Assembly: GCF_009914755.1 (NCBI RefSeq)
Contig: NC_060929.1
DNA length: 64,000 bases
Source: the human T2T-CHM13v2.0 reference genome, Homo sapiens
Reading direction: 5' to 3' (one strand)
Of this stretch, positions 15,011 to 34,070 are shown piece by piece (the first letter of the stretch is position 1; each line of letters begins with the position of its first letter). A program made the translations under genes and the position numbers. Under the pieces are notes generated by a model. That model worked only from the letters and a program-made list of their open reading frames with translations, was not told the origin of the DNA and ran no database searches.

Positions 15011-16817
15011 TAAGCTGGCAGTAAATACGTCGATTTATTTCTGGGTTTTCTATTCTCTTCCATTGGTCTATGTGTCCGTTTATACCAATACCATGCTGTT
15101 TTGGTTATTATAACCTTGTAATATATTTTGAAGACAGGTAGTGTGATGCCTCCAGCTTTGTTCTTTTTGCTCAGGATTGCTTTGGCTATTTGGGCTCTTT
15201 TTTGGTTCAGTGCAAACTTTAGGATTGTTTTTTTCTATTTCTGTGAAGAATGTTGTTGGTATCTCCATAGGGATTGTATTGAATCTATAGATTGCTTTGG
15301 GTAGTATGGTCATTTTAACAATGTTAATCCTTTCGATCCATGAGCATGGGATGTTTTTCCATTTGTTTGTGTCTTCTTCAATTTCTTTCATCAGTGTTTT
15401 GTAGCTTTCCTTATACAGGTCATTCACCTCCTTGGTAAAACTTATTTCTAGAATTTTTTTGTAGCTATTGTAAATGGGATTGCCTTCTTGATTTATTTTT
15501 CACCCAGTTTAATATAAATGTATAGAAATGTCACTGATTTTTGTATGTTGATTTTGTATCCTGCAACTTTAGTGAATTTGTTTATCAGATCTAAGAGTTA
15601 CTTGGTGGAGTTTTTAGATTTTTTTAAATATAAGATCATGTCATCTGCAAAGAGGGACAATTTGACTTCCTCTTTTCCAATCTGGATGCCTTTTACTTCT
15701 TGAAATAGCATTTCAACAGATAAGAAAGGCATTTACAGATGTTTTCTTTCACCAAAAGGTGTGGCATAAATAATTATTCATGAAATATTAAACTGTTTAT
15801 TATGTAGCATTTCTCAGCAACAGAACAACAGAAGAAGGTATGGCTCTCTTTCATGTTAGCTTAAAAGAAACTTACTACACGTGTTTTATAGATATATAAC
15901 ATATGCTTTTAGAAAGGGTCTACCTGGGTGGCAATTTTCTTTTGCTAATAGACTCACCAGGGGGTTGTCCTATGCTTTCACGAGCTCCAGAGCAGGTGGG
16001 CTGCAGAGCTGACCACTTTCCCATCTACTCCTCAAGGGGTCTCTGCTGCCACTCATCCCTGCAGCTTCTCATCATTTCTACCATTTCTAACCTCTGCTAC
16101 TTCTGCAATTATACCACTTCCTTTACTAACCACTCCTCTTTCTTCTTCTGTTTTCTAGTTCCTTTCACTTATTCCCTGCTTCATGGATTTAACAAACAAA
16201 AGTTAGCAAGATGATTTTTATGAATAGTATTCACCAATTAAGGCACTGTTTTGTTTTGGTTAACACAACCATCATAAGCCTCTGCCTTTCTTAACCTCAA
16301 ACTGAAGTGTCTGAAGCCTTTCTCTGCAATATTTATTTCATTTAATTATGATTCCAGACTTGTTCTTGAAGATTCAGAGTTGTTAAAAATGGATGCTGGG
16401 TAGGCAAGAATTTACAGTAATTCTATCAGAATAAATAAAATAATTCCAGATCTGCTTAAAAAAAAGAATTGCACGAGTCCTATGAACAAGTCAATGGTCA
16501 CTCCCCCAATATTAATTTGTTTAAAAATATATGTAAAAATAATGCACAAAATATGATTTAGAAGCATAACAGGCATACATTATAAGTGTAACTCTATCTT
16601 TTGATCCCTGAATCAGCATTAAAAAAAACAATTGTTCATTGATTAGTACAGGCCAACAACAAGAATAAAGGACAGTTTAATGTTTTAAAAATCAATTCAT
16701 TAAAAATATGTTAACCTTCATCTGTAATTTGGTAAAATAAACTAAAATTAGACTTGAGTTTATCATAACAATTAGCTAAGTGGCACTAACAGGTATTCAC
16801 TGAGGTATCATACAATT

Positions 16818-17152
<335 letters not shown>

Positions 17153-17445
17153 AGTAATGGATTCTTTAGAATAGTATACATATTTGGTCACTGAAGAAAA
17201 CACCTAAATCAAGCATCATTAACTTGAATCAAATGTACACCAAAACTCTTTTATCATAGCTCATTATTACCTAACATAGATTTTATAGTAATTCAAGGAG
17301 TCAAACTCTGTCACATGAAAATTAAAATAACTTATAAATAAAGGTTGTAACAACTAAGTCACCCTGTAAGGAAGCCCTATTTCCTATTTCCCCACAACAG
17401 CATTACAATAGGGAATGTTTTTATTTCTAAAAATATATACTGTGT

Positions 17446-17630
17446 AGTCAGGCACAGTGGTGCATGCCTGTAGTCCCAGCTGCTTGGGAGGCTGAGGCTG
17501 GAGGATCATTTGAGCCCAGGAGATCCAAGGCCATAGTGGACGATGAGCCTGCCTGTGAATAGCCACTATTCTCCAGCCTGGGGAACATAGTGAGACCCGC
17601 CCTCCTCATCCCTTCTCCTGTATCTAAAAA
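17446..17630 (+). mobile_element. FAM (fossil Alu monomer, 7SL-derived)
   Basis: Monomer containing the 7SL-type segment CCTGTGAATAGCCACT, which dimeric Alus lack. Confidence 0.8.
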
Positions 17631-17750
17631 AGGAAAAATACTATAATATTATGTAATTCTATGTTTCTGACACTAGCATGGATATTATTGTAAGAGTACC
17701 TACCAAAAAATAATTAAACATTACTCCAGATTGAACTTTATTGATCTGTG

Positions 17751-17906
17751 TCCTGGGCAGCAAAAGCTAAACTCCGTCTCAAAACAAAAAACAAAAAACA
17801 AAAAACAAAAAAAACACCAACCAAGCAAACAAACAAAAAGAATTGTATGATACCTCAGTGAACACCTGTTAGTGCCACTTAGCTAATTGTTATGATAAAC
17901 TCAAGT
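17751..17906 (-). repeat. Inverted copy of 16752-16900 (unique flank plus Alu 3' end)
   Basis: Reverse complement matches apart from one substitution and one extra 7-bp CAAAAAA unit. Confidence 0.95.
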
Positions 17907-18199
17907 GCCCAGCACAACAAGTAATTGGTGAATTTGTTGCCAAATGGTTTAATTATAAGTGTTACTCATATGGCCAGATGCTAAATAAAAGCCAAAACAA
18001 GACAATTATTTTTTGCATTTTCCTTTCAATTAGATCTTCACATTTAAAAGAACTTACTTAAGTGAATTCATCATATCTATATTCGTGTTATTAATAACAT
18101 CTTTGAATAATTAAGATGTAAGCATTTCAAATAATTACATCTATAAATACTACACAATCCTGTCTGAAGTTTTGCAAATGCGTTCCAATTGGTACTTAT

Positions 18200-19290
18200 T
18201 TTCTTATATCCCACAGCTAATCAATTTTTTAAATTCTGTCAGTTCTACATTCAAAAGATATCCAAACGCCTACCCCTTTCTACTACACCTCCGCTACTTC
18301 AAAGGGCTTTGCCTCTCACCTGGGCTACCACAGTTAACTTCCTGACTGGCCTCCCAGCTTCCACCCTCGTCCCCTAAACACAGCAGAAAGAGTGATCTTT
18401 CTAAAACGTTGTCATATCAAAGCTCAGAACTCTCTACTGGCATCCCATCTCACTGAGAATAAATTTAAAGACATACAAGCCCCAAGCAGTTCTGCCCTTG
18501 GCTACAAATCTGACCTCATCTTTTACCACTTTTCTCCTAGCTAATTCCCCAGACACCTTGCATCTCTCTAAGCATCTCAGAGCCTTTGCACTCACTGCCC
18601 ATGACACTATTTCCTACATGTCTGCATGGTTCACTGCCCCTCATCTTTTCATTGAGAATTCTGCTCAATGTTATCTCCTCTAAGGAGCCTTCTCTCACTA
18701 GTCTACCTAAAATAGTGCTCCTTTTTTTCCCCTACCCTTTCTCCTGATCTGCTCTTTCTTTCATAGACAGACCTTATCACCACCAGACATGTATTTATGT
18801 GATGGTTGATTCATTTTATTTGTCTCCCTCCCCCTAGTATAATGTAAGTTCCAAAGAACAGGGATTTGCTGTTTGATTTGCTCTTCAAGAAACTTTATTC
18901 TTCCAGAAACAAAAGAGCCTTCTTGCTATTCTACAACATGCAAAGCTCCAACCCACCTTGGCCTAATCCTTGTTTTTCCTCTGTTTGGAAACTTTTGCTC
19001 AGACATTCACATGGCTCACCCTTCATTTCATTCATGTCTCACCTCAAATGCTATCTCCACAAACAGGCCTTCCCCTGACCAACCGCCATCATTAACCATC
19101 CTTTTTATTTTTCTCAACAGCACTTATTGCACTTCTATATTCGATATTTATTCTTTTATGTATTGGCTGTTTCCACCCACTAAAATATAGACTCTTGTTC
19201 ACCACTGCATCCTTAGCATTTAAAATGGTTCCCCAAAAAATATTTGTCAGGTGTTCAATAAACGTTTGTCAAATAAATAAATGAATACAA
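18200..19290 (+). mobile_element. L2 fragments
   Basis: CTCACCTGGGCTAC...CTGGCCTCCCAGCTTCCAC...GTGATCTTTCTAAAAC; ends GTGTTCAATAAACGTTTGTCAAATAAATAAATGAAT. Confidence 0.7.
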
Positions 19291-20949
19291 GAAATACTTT
19301 GAAATTTTTGGAGTCATAGGTATAATACATAGTTATCACAAGATTTTATAGATTCTCAAGATGAATGCCCATTAGAGCTTTGTTTTACTTTGAACTACAA
19401 AAAAGTTAGAATAACTCTCCACTTGCATACAATTAAAGCAATTGAAAAGTAAAATAAGAAAAATATTCCATAAGAGTATAGAAAAATGATGTTCATCATT
19501 ATGACCTTTGGTCCCAGAATAGCCCAGAGACAAACTGCAAAGTAAATGAAATTTGTCATCTTTCTTCCATCTCCTCTGCAAAAACCTATCTTCCTGCCTT
19601 TGGCTCACCCCACTTCCTTTATGTCTCTTCTCTGTCACTGATCAATTGAATCTTTTTAACAAGTATATGTGGTAGTGAGTATCTAATTATCTATTTTCTG
19701 GTTATCTATTAATAACCAGAAAATTAGTCTTAATGATCCTTCTTCTCACATATACTCATTTAACTGCTTTTATTGAAGGATGTCATGTTCCCATTAAAAG
19801 ATGTTTTTAAATACAATTACTAGCCTTGAGGAAAATTGTATTAATTCAAGAAAATGTATTTTTCTGGCCAATTTAATGCATAGTACAGATAAGCTAACAG
19901 CCTCAAAAGAGTAGAATAGTCCGTAAATTAAATGAACAATTGATTAGATTTGTTTGTTCAACTTAGGTAATATTTGTCAGTTAATTGAAGTCAAACATTT
20001 ATTATTGTTCTCACAACAAGCAAAACATCAATAAAAAATGGTAACTGGGTACTACTTTAAATTTCAACTTGTTTCCAGATATATTATCTCTTTTGATCCT
20101 CATGACCTATGATGCAGGTTAAGCAGGTATTATTATAGCAAGAAGTAGACATTGTGGAGCTAAGTTTCAAGACCCCTGATTTACCTGAGACTCCTGGGTG
20201 AGACCTAGTCATGTGTTGCTGTATTATTCTTCCTAACATGATCTTTGTGTGATTGCCATGTTTTAGAAATTCTTTCCTGGCCATCTAGTTGAAAATACAT
20301 GATGTTCCAAGAGACCCCTGATAAATGAAGACCTGTTGGGTGAGGTGGGTGCAGAAAAACCCTTAAGTCAAAGGAAACACCATACTGGGTACTAAAGACA
20401 AGAGATTCTCTGAAGTAAGAGAAGACCAGCATTAAGAGTGCGGGCTACATGCTGGATCCTCACTGAAGGAGGAGACAGATGTCAGATCATGGAAGGGCTG
20501 AACAGTAATGTTAAGAATTTGGGACTTTTATGAAAACTGTTTTAAGATTGTATTTTAAAAAGATCATTCTAACTGCAATGTGGAAAGAAAGTATACTTTT
20601 GGCCCAATTATAAATTTGATTACATGTGAAATGCCTTCAGAGATTAAGGGAAAGTGAATCTACAGATCTAGGACACAATGTATTATTTTACATTCTTACT
20701 TATTTTTCTGCTAAAAAAGATATATTTTCCTTATTTTAAAAAGTGGGATTGTTCTAGTTGTTCCTACCTTTAAAAATATCTAGAAATATGGAGCAAATTT
20801 TATCATGATTAATTTTTTAATTAATACAAAATATATCCCAAAACCCAGGCAACCTAACGCATGTGGAAAATTTTTTTAAAGTATTAAAAGTACAATAAAT
20901 GTCCCTTCTATGTTTAGCAAGCTCATAACAACAATAATAATTATTTATT

Positions 20950-21249
20950 ATTATTATTATTTTAATTGAGACAGGATCTCACTCTGTCTCTGGGCAGGAG
21001 TGCAGTGTCGAGATCATGGCTCACTGCAGCCTCCACCTCCTGGACTCAAGCAACCCTCCCACCTTAGCCTCCCAGTAGCTGGGAATACAGGTGCATACCA
21101 CCACACCTGGCTAATGATGGTATTTTTTTTGTAGAGATGGGGTTTCGCCATGTTGCCCAGGTTGATCTCAAACTCCTGGGCTCAAGCAATCTGCCCAACT
21201 CGGCCTCCCAAAGTGTTGGGATCACAGGCATGAGCCACCACACCTGGCC
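20950..21249 (-). mobile_element. AluJ
   Basis: Reverse-complement Alu with CTCCTGGGCTCAAGCAAT and a (TTA)n tail. Confidence 0.9.
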
Positions 21250-21929
21250 AAAAATAATTATTAATAACACTCAGAATTAGTAAAGCTGAGATGGAATAAA
21301 TATAGAAATAGTGTTAGTGGTATTGCTCATTTGGAGAACAATATGGTGCTAGGTAACAAGAGTTATATAAATGTTTATATCCTTTGATCCAATAATCCCA
21401 CTTTTGAAAAATTTTCAAAGACAATTTAAAAGAATACAAAACTTTTCATAAAACAATGTTCATGGGGGTTTTATCTAAAACAGTGGTAGTTGATAGTGAC
21501 TATTATCATCCTAAGGCAATAAGTCACATACTTGGTAATAGTTATTAGAAATTAATGTTTGTCAGGAAAGGTTCTAGAGCCTGATGTATTCTTTTCTGGT
21601 ATTCTAGGCTTCAAGGTGAGATGCCTTCCTTGGGCAGTCTAGAATCTGTGTGAAAGTTCTTGGTATCTGAAAAAACTAGAATAATGGGAAATTGAATTGT
21701 CTCTTATTGTATGCCTGCAAACTCTTAGATTAGGTTTGAATTAGGGTTACTTTCTGGTTACAGTATTGCTAGTCTGTGACATTTTACTTTTGTAAAACTG
21801 CTTTTGGAAGGGCAAGTGACAAGTTAATCAAACGTATTACTGACATACCTCAGAAAATAGTGGAGCTGACAACCTGAGAAAAGGCACCTACTTTATAATT
21901 CTTTGTATTCCTATACTTTAAAATAAAAT

Positions 21930-22321
21930 TCCATACTTAAGTAGTAAGGTTTATAAAAAAGATAGATTTGTTCACTTTAAATGAATACATGTATAAAATA
22001 CACAATAAGGAAAATTAAAAGGCAGATAATAAATTGGGAAAATATGTTTATTAATAATGTTAATTATTAATATGTTTGTTATAAACAAAAGGTTAATATT
22101 CTTAACATACAAATTGTTCTTATAAATAATTAATAGATGGCTGCCACAATAGAAAAAAATGTAAATGACATGAACAAAGTCAGAAGATGAAATGCAAATG
22201 GACAGTAAGTGTAAGAAAAGATATTCAACTTAATAATAAAGAAAAGAAAAATGTTTTGGCTTGTCAAAGCTGGAAAGGATTGGCAACAATGACATTGTGT
22301 GTGTTAGAAATGGACATTCTC
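21930..22321 (+). mobile_element. Old L1ME fragment (insertion target of the L1PA; continues at ~27428-28020)
   Basis: Degenerate L1 ORF2 3' sequence on both sides of the L1PA, e.g. TTTGATCCAGCAATTCTACTTCTAGAAATTTATCCT at ~27516. Confidence 0.6.
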
Positions 22322-27249
<4,928 letters not shown>

Positions 27250-27411
27250 GAGGCCTAGCTAATATACCCCATGAGAAATATAATGCTTCAGAAATACAGC
27301 TGTCAATCCCTGTTTCATCAGATGTTTATAGGGTGCCTTGTAGTTTTAAAATATTCTCATAAAATTATTATATTCTGAGTTTTTCACAATAAAATAATGT
27401 AGATTAAAAAA
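27250..27411 (+). other. Putative L1 3'-transduced segment
   Basis: Non-L1 sequence between the L1 A-tail and the 3' TSD, with AATAAA at 27388-27393 and a residual A-run at 27406-27412. Confidence 0.85.
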
Positions 27412-28031
27412 AGAAATGGACATTCTCTGGTACCTAGGATTGTACATTGATATCATGTTTCTGGAGGACAATTCGAAAATATGTACCAAAATTTTCAATA
27501 CAGTAGATATATTTTTTTGATCCAGCAATTCTACTTCTAGAAATTTATCCTTAGAAGATAACCCTGCAAGTACTCAGATTTGTATATACAAGAATATTCT
27601 CTACAGTACCACTTACTTGCTATTAAATAAATGGGAAACAATAGAATTATCCTTTAACAGGGATTAAATAACTTTATGTTCAATCATACTACCCAGTCAT
27701 AGAAAAAATAATGTCGACCTATATTTAATGACATAAGAAAATATATACCACATACTATTTCATTAGAAAGCAGCATACAAAACACTATGTCTACAGAAGT
27801 ATCCAGCTATGTAAAATTATATGTATATGTGTGTGTATATGCATTATAAGATGATTAGAAAATTGCTCAGCAAAATTTTAGCAGTGATTATCTCAAAGTG
27901 GTGAGATTTCAGCTGATTTTATTTTCTCCTTTTATACCTTTGTATACTGTTTTGATTTTTTAAACAATTATCATGTACTATAATTAAAATTAGAAAAATA
28001 CAAAGCTATCTTCATTAGAAAAAATAAACTT

Positions 28032-28365
28032 CACATTTTATTTTTCACAATCTTTATATTTAGAAAAGTAATCATTGCACTCCAATTTACATCAATTATG
28101 TAAAAAGTAATAATAAAATGGATTCGTTGTAGTTTACCTCAATACGAATACAATTTTTTAAAAATATTGTCTCTCCTTTTTTCATTATTTCAATTAAAAA
28201 AAATCTCTGTTAGGGTGAGCCATCTCTTTAATAAGAGGATTGCCTTCGCTGTACTGTAACTTATGGCCCCTCGCCCTTCCTCCCTAAAGCACAGGCATAG
28301 GCACATGCAGCGCCGGGTGCAGCCAGGAAGCTACGTGCGGAGCCACCTGCCTAGCCACCAGTTGA
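28032..28365 (+). repeat. Copy 1 of a diverged ~330-bp direct duplication
   Basis: Colinear with 29773-30092; shared blocks TCACAATCTTTATATTTAGAAAAGTAAT, ATCAATTATGTAAAAAGTAA, CTCAATACGAATAC, GCCCCTCGCCCTTC and GGAGCCACCTGC. Confidence 0.9.
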
Positions 28366-28615
28366 ACACATCCGAGACCCCAAGCATCGCCAGTGGACTG
28401 TTCCACTTTCCAGGAGTAGGGGGGGATTTTCTTAGAAATATAACTTATTTAGGCCCCAATTCAATAAAAGAACCTCAATCTTCCCAATCCAATCAACAGA
28501 ACAAATCACAATAAACAAACATGTGTAATAATATAAGTTAATCTGAGGTAGAATTTTGAACCTGAGCTTCTCTTTGTCTCTCCAATAGGAACTCACTAGG
28601 GAGAATGGTTTAATC

Positions 28616-28841
28616 CAGGAGTGTCCAATCTTTTGGCTTCCCTGGGCCACATTAGAAAAAGAATTGTCTCGGGCAACACATGAAATACACTAAGGATAGC
28701 GGATGAGGTTAAAAGAAAAAAAGCAAAAAAAAAAAAAACAGTTCTCATAATGTTTTAAGAAAGTTCACGAACTTGTGTTGGGCCACATCCAAAGCCGTCC
28801 TGGGCTGCATGGGCCTGTGGGCCGTGGGCTGGACAAGCTTC
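28616..28841 (+). mobile_element. MER30 hAT MITE
   Basis: GTGTCCAATCTTTTGGCTTCCCTGGGCCACAT...GGACAAGCTT; 8-bp TSD-like GTTTAATC / TCTTAATC. Confidence 0.85.
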
Positions 28842-29235
28842 TCTTAATCCGAGGTATCCCGCGCAGGTAAGAAGCTCACTGTTTGTTTGTTTTACACTCC
28901 TTAATAATTAGGTAATTCTGTAACAGCACCAAGTCCTTATTAGTGTGTCTCCTTCCAGAAATATAAGCACTCATTTTGTCCCTTTTCATGAATTCCCCTG
29001 AACTACAGCGATTAATCAAAAATTTGAATTCTGGGTCTGGTTCCTCCGGGGTACAGAAGGTCAGGGCTGAGAGAGCACGTGGGACTTGGCCGAATCCTAT
29101 AAATAGAATCTGCATTTAAGCTTCATACGCGGAATATTTCAGACGCCTGACAGGGTGGCCTTGGCCAGTAGTGGGAGGGAAACCACACGCCCTTGGATTT
29201 ACCAGTACAGTCCTAATTTCATGTCAATGTATTGT

Positions 29236-29556
29236 TTGGGTTTTTTTGTTTGTTTTTTGGGTTTGTTTTGTTTTGTTTTGAGACAGAGTCTCACTCTGTC
29301 GCCCAGGCTGAAGTGAAATGGCGTGATCTCGGCTCACTCCAACCTCCGCCTCCCAGGTTCAAGCGATTCTGTCTCAGCCTCCCGAGTAGGTGGGATACGG
29401 GTGCATGCCACCATGCCCGGCTAATGTTTGTGTTTTTAGTAGAGACGGGATTTCACCATGTTGGCCATGCTGGTCTCGAACTCCGGATCTCAGGCCGTCT
29501 GCCTGCCTCGGCCTCCCAAAGTGTTGGATTACAGGCGTGAGCCACCGCGCCCGGCC
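29236..29556 (-). mobile_element. AluS
   Basis: Reverse-complement full Alu; TSD AATGTATTGTTT. Confidence 0.93.
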
Positions 29557-29772
29557 AATGTATTGTTTTCAATGAGGGTCACTCATTAAGTGTAATTAAA
29601 TTCAGCTAAATGTAACTTAATTTTTTATAATGTTCAATGTTTAACGTAAACAGAAAAAAAGAATCGACGTGCCCAGATTTTCGGGTCATTATAGTTGAAG
29701 CCAGCTCAGATGGAAAGCTGAGCTTTTTACAAGGAACACAGGAGAAATGCAGGTTTGCGAGGGAGAAATGAA

Positions 29773-30402
<630 letters not shown>

Positions 30403-31262
30403 ATTTACTTTTTTACCCATTTACTTTTCACTGGAAAACCGAAGGACATTTTATTTCGGGAAATCAATTTGCTCAAAGATAATAGAACTAGTCGAAATTA
30501 GAGGATGTGAGCCCAGATGGGACTCGTAAATCCATGCTTTTTCTGCAGTCCCATGCTGCTTCTAAAGTAAAGGACTTTGCTAGTTACTTAGGTCATCTCC
30601 CTCACTTTCAGTTGAAACCATTTAACCAGAAAGATAACACTTAAAATGGTCACCTTACTGGTTTGTGGTAGAACCAAAATGAAAAGGTAGACTTTGGGAT
30701 TCAGCTGCTTTCTCACTGTAGTGATTATGCCATTTTGTCTTTGGCTTTTAACCAATGTAGAATTAAAGATGAGAAAAATATTTTTAAAATTATTTTTCTT
30801 AAAGCAGCTAAGGGCTTAAGAATATTAGTCCTTGTTTTTGATAGCACATATAATAAGCAATAGCCTATAATGCTATAGCATATGTACTATTTCTGCGATA
30901 ACTTGGGTGTAAATCACCATACAGAGCCTGGGCTTTTTGTTTCACGTGATGGTGAATTAGGTCTTGCACAGCCTATTTTTGCTTTTCTCACAAATTCTCT
31001 GTGACTTAGACCAATTATTTTCAAATAGTTTATTCATCAGTGAAATAGGTACAATGTTATAATGCCTTAGTCACAAAATATTCATTTCTTAGTAAAGCCA
31101 AGGATGTTTCTTAGATTCTAATTTGGGTAACATGGAAAGTTTCAGAAAATTTTGTGAAAAGTTAACTAGTAATCTTTATGTTTTGGAGGAAGGCACAAAT
31201 TAAAGAGGGAAAACTTTTATTACATGTTCAATTGGTACCTAAGCATTTTTAAAAATACTGTT

Positions 31263-31516
<254 letters not shown>

Positions 31517-31729
31517 CTATGAGGTAGTGTTTTAAAACTGTGCACACTGGATTATTTTGGGTAATGTGCCTACCATCAGAGTCAGAATTAAAATTTCCCA
31601 ATAATAACAAATATTTATTTAGAATTAATTATGTGCCAGGCACTGTGGTAAAACTTTACAAGTATTATCTCCTTTAATTCTTACCCTTAGTCATATGAGT
31701 TAGCCACAACTATAATTTCCTTTTGAAAA

Positions 31730-32030
31730 TGTTTATTTTATTCATTTATCTTTTTAGAGATGGGGTCTTTCAGTTGCCCAGGGTGGAATGCAGTGGCAAG
31801 ATCATATCCTTGAACTCCTGGACTCAAGCAGTCCTCCCACCTCAGCCTCCCAAGTAGCTAAGACTACAGGTATGTGCCACCATGCCCAGCTAGTTTTTTT
31901 TATTTTTATTTTTAGAGACAGGATCTGGCTATATTGCCCAGGCTCATCTTGAACTCCTGGCCTCAAGCAATCTTCCCACCTTGGTCCCCACAAAGTGCTG
32001 GGATTATAGGCATGAGGCCACCACTCCTGA
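31730..32030 (-). mobile_element. AluJ inserted in a MIR (~31600-32120)
   Basis: TSD CCACAACTATAATTTC on both sides; MIR core TTTATAGATGAGGGAACTGGG follows. Confidence 0.85.
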
Positions 32031-32625
32031 TCCACAACTATAATTTCTAATTTATAGATGAGGGAACTGGGATTTAGAAAGTTAAGTGACATCCAGGTTC
32101 TTAACCATTATGTGCATTGTCTCCCAGGTATCTCTGAGTAAGTGAAAAAGTAAAATTTCCTCCTCTCAGTACTCTTATCTGATACTTTCAAGCAGCCCAA
32201 CACCCAGTAAAAGTGACATGTCTAATCCAGAAGTACTGGTTTTGGAGTAGGCAACATATACAAAGAGGCAAATATCCATGTGAGGTGCCATCCCAGGCTA
32301 TCACAATCTTTGGATTTACCCTATCTTTAATAGTGCCTGAAGGGGTTCTTTTAACTTCAACCTTTGTAATAAAATACAATGATGTAATTGGGAATGAGTG
32401 AACTCCATAGTAAACTCTATGATTAAAAAAATAGTTAATATGTGTATATATAAATATGCAAAGTACAAATAATACAGAGTGTGGTTTTCATGTTAATCTC
32501 AATTACTTCTCACTGGGGAACTGGTGAAGCCTTCATCAAAGATGATTAAGAGCAATAATACTGTTCTAATACTGTCCAGATCTTTCTTTCTTTTCATCCA
32601 GATGATTCTGTAAGGTCTATTGATA

Positions 32626-32626
<1 letters not shown>

Positions 32627-32660
<34 letters not shown>

Positions 32661-32670
32661 GGTGTGTGTG
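32627..32670. repeat. (TG)n microsatellite
   Basis: About 13 pure TG units plus an interrupted extension. Confidence 0.95.
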
Positions 32671-33839
32671 ATTCATGTCAATCTGTATTTGATGCTAGTT
32701 TATATTGGTTTCTTATGTCAAGAATAACAAACTAATAGGAAGGAATTTTAATTCTGCTTACAATTGTTCTAAGTTCATTTATCAATTGGCAATTAGCAGA
32801 AGAGGTAGTGTCAGATTGGGGAAGACAGCACTGAATGTTTTATGCCTGAGGGGCCAAATTGAGATGGTGGTGGCAAGAAGGAGTGGGGCTGGTTAGTAGT
32901 TAGGTTAGTCATGAAGGCACACAGTAACTGGAGGAAGAAGGAAGGAACAGGATGGAGAAAGAGAGAGTGCTGGAGGTAAACTGCCTTTCTCACAATTTGG
33001 TCTATAGCCAGCCTTGCTCTTTTTGCCTGAAATGTTTGCAACCTTTCTGTTTTAACTTTCTACATAAAGGATTTTTTAAATGAAAACTTGTAATTTTTTC
33101 CTTATTGTCAATGTGATTTATATTTATTACAGAGAAGTTAGAAAATACAAATAGTCAAAAAAGAGAAAAATAAAAATAAAATACTCATTATGACAACATT
33201 AAAATTAACATAATAACTTAAAATTACTCAGAGATAACTCATTTTACAGTAGGGTGTCTACTCTTCTAGTACAAGTAGTTTTCTGATTAAGTGCTAATAT
33301 TCCTGATTACCATCCCAAGTCATATCAATTACTTATTTAAATCTACATTTTCAATATTTGTTTTTTGTGAAATTCTCTATTTTATATAGAAATGAAATTT
33401 CAAATTAACAATAGCAAAGGCTACACATAAAAATAATGTAATATTTTAGGTGTAAAATTTGCTTCTGTTTGGCCTATTCCTGCAATATTGTATTTCTTCT
33501 TCCATATAAATCCTGCCACTTCATGGTTTTTAAAAATCTTGTTGATTTTACCCAAATAAATGACTTACTTCGAACGTTACTTTTAAAACTTAAAGGTTTA
33601 AATTGTTAAAAGTATTGAAAAGATAAAGGTAATTGTTAAATATGTTGACTTATAAAATAGGAACTTCTTCGCATAACAAAAACTCAAAGAATGTAAACTC
33701 AGAGAATATGTAGAGAATGTGGGCCTGTTTGGGTTTAGTTAGAAAACAAATTTTGAACAACGTCTATTCATTCCATAACCAAAACATTTGAACAATTAAT
33801 TATCAGTTCAATTTGAAATTAGGTAATGTGATTTTCCAC

Positions 33840-34070
33840 AGAAAGGCATTTCCATAGGATATTAATAGAGGTTATGTGATAACAGGATTTCATGATAAAA
33901 AATGGGCTAAACAAAATTTAACAGATTTTTTCATTAAGGAACGTTCAGAGCCTTTAATATGTTGATATGCGTGATAAATCTTCAAGTGGAAGAATATGGC
34001 CAAAGAATTCTTTATTTCTGGATCATTTTGCAAGACTAATGTTCTGTGAGATAATTTGGGAAATAGTGGT
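33840..34070. mobile_element. hAT-Charlie MITE (MER103-like)
   Basis: GGGCTAAACAAAATTTAACAG...CAGAGCCTTTAATATGTTGAT...TTTGGGAAATAGTG. Confidence 0.45.

Larger units (their letters stand above)
13620..15700 (-). mobile_element. L1MA ORF2 fragment, interrupted by an LTR and an Alu monomer
   Basis: Minus ORF 15080-15427 translates to L1 ORF2 ([36 protein letters not shown]). Confidence 0.9.

Noticed and set aside
15952-16200. Minus-strand purine-rich exon-like stretch ending in CTG|GTGAGT
   Set aside because: The one frame I translated has several stops, there is no clear acceptor, and I recognise no homology.
19380-19560. Short hydrophobic minus-strand ORF (MTNFIYFAVCLWAILGPK...)
   Set aside because: Hydrophobicity is expected from T-rich DNA; no promoter or splice support.
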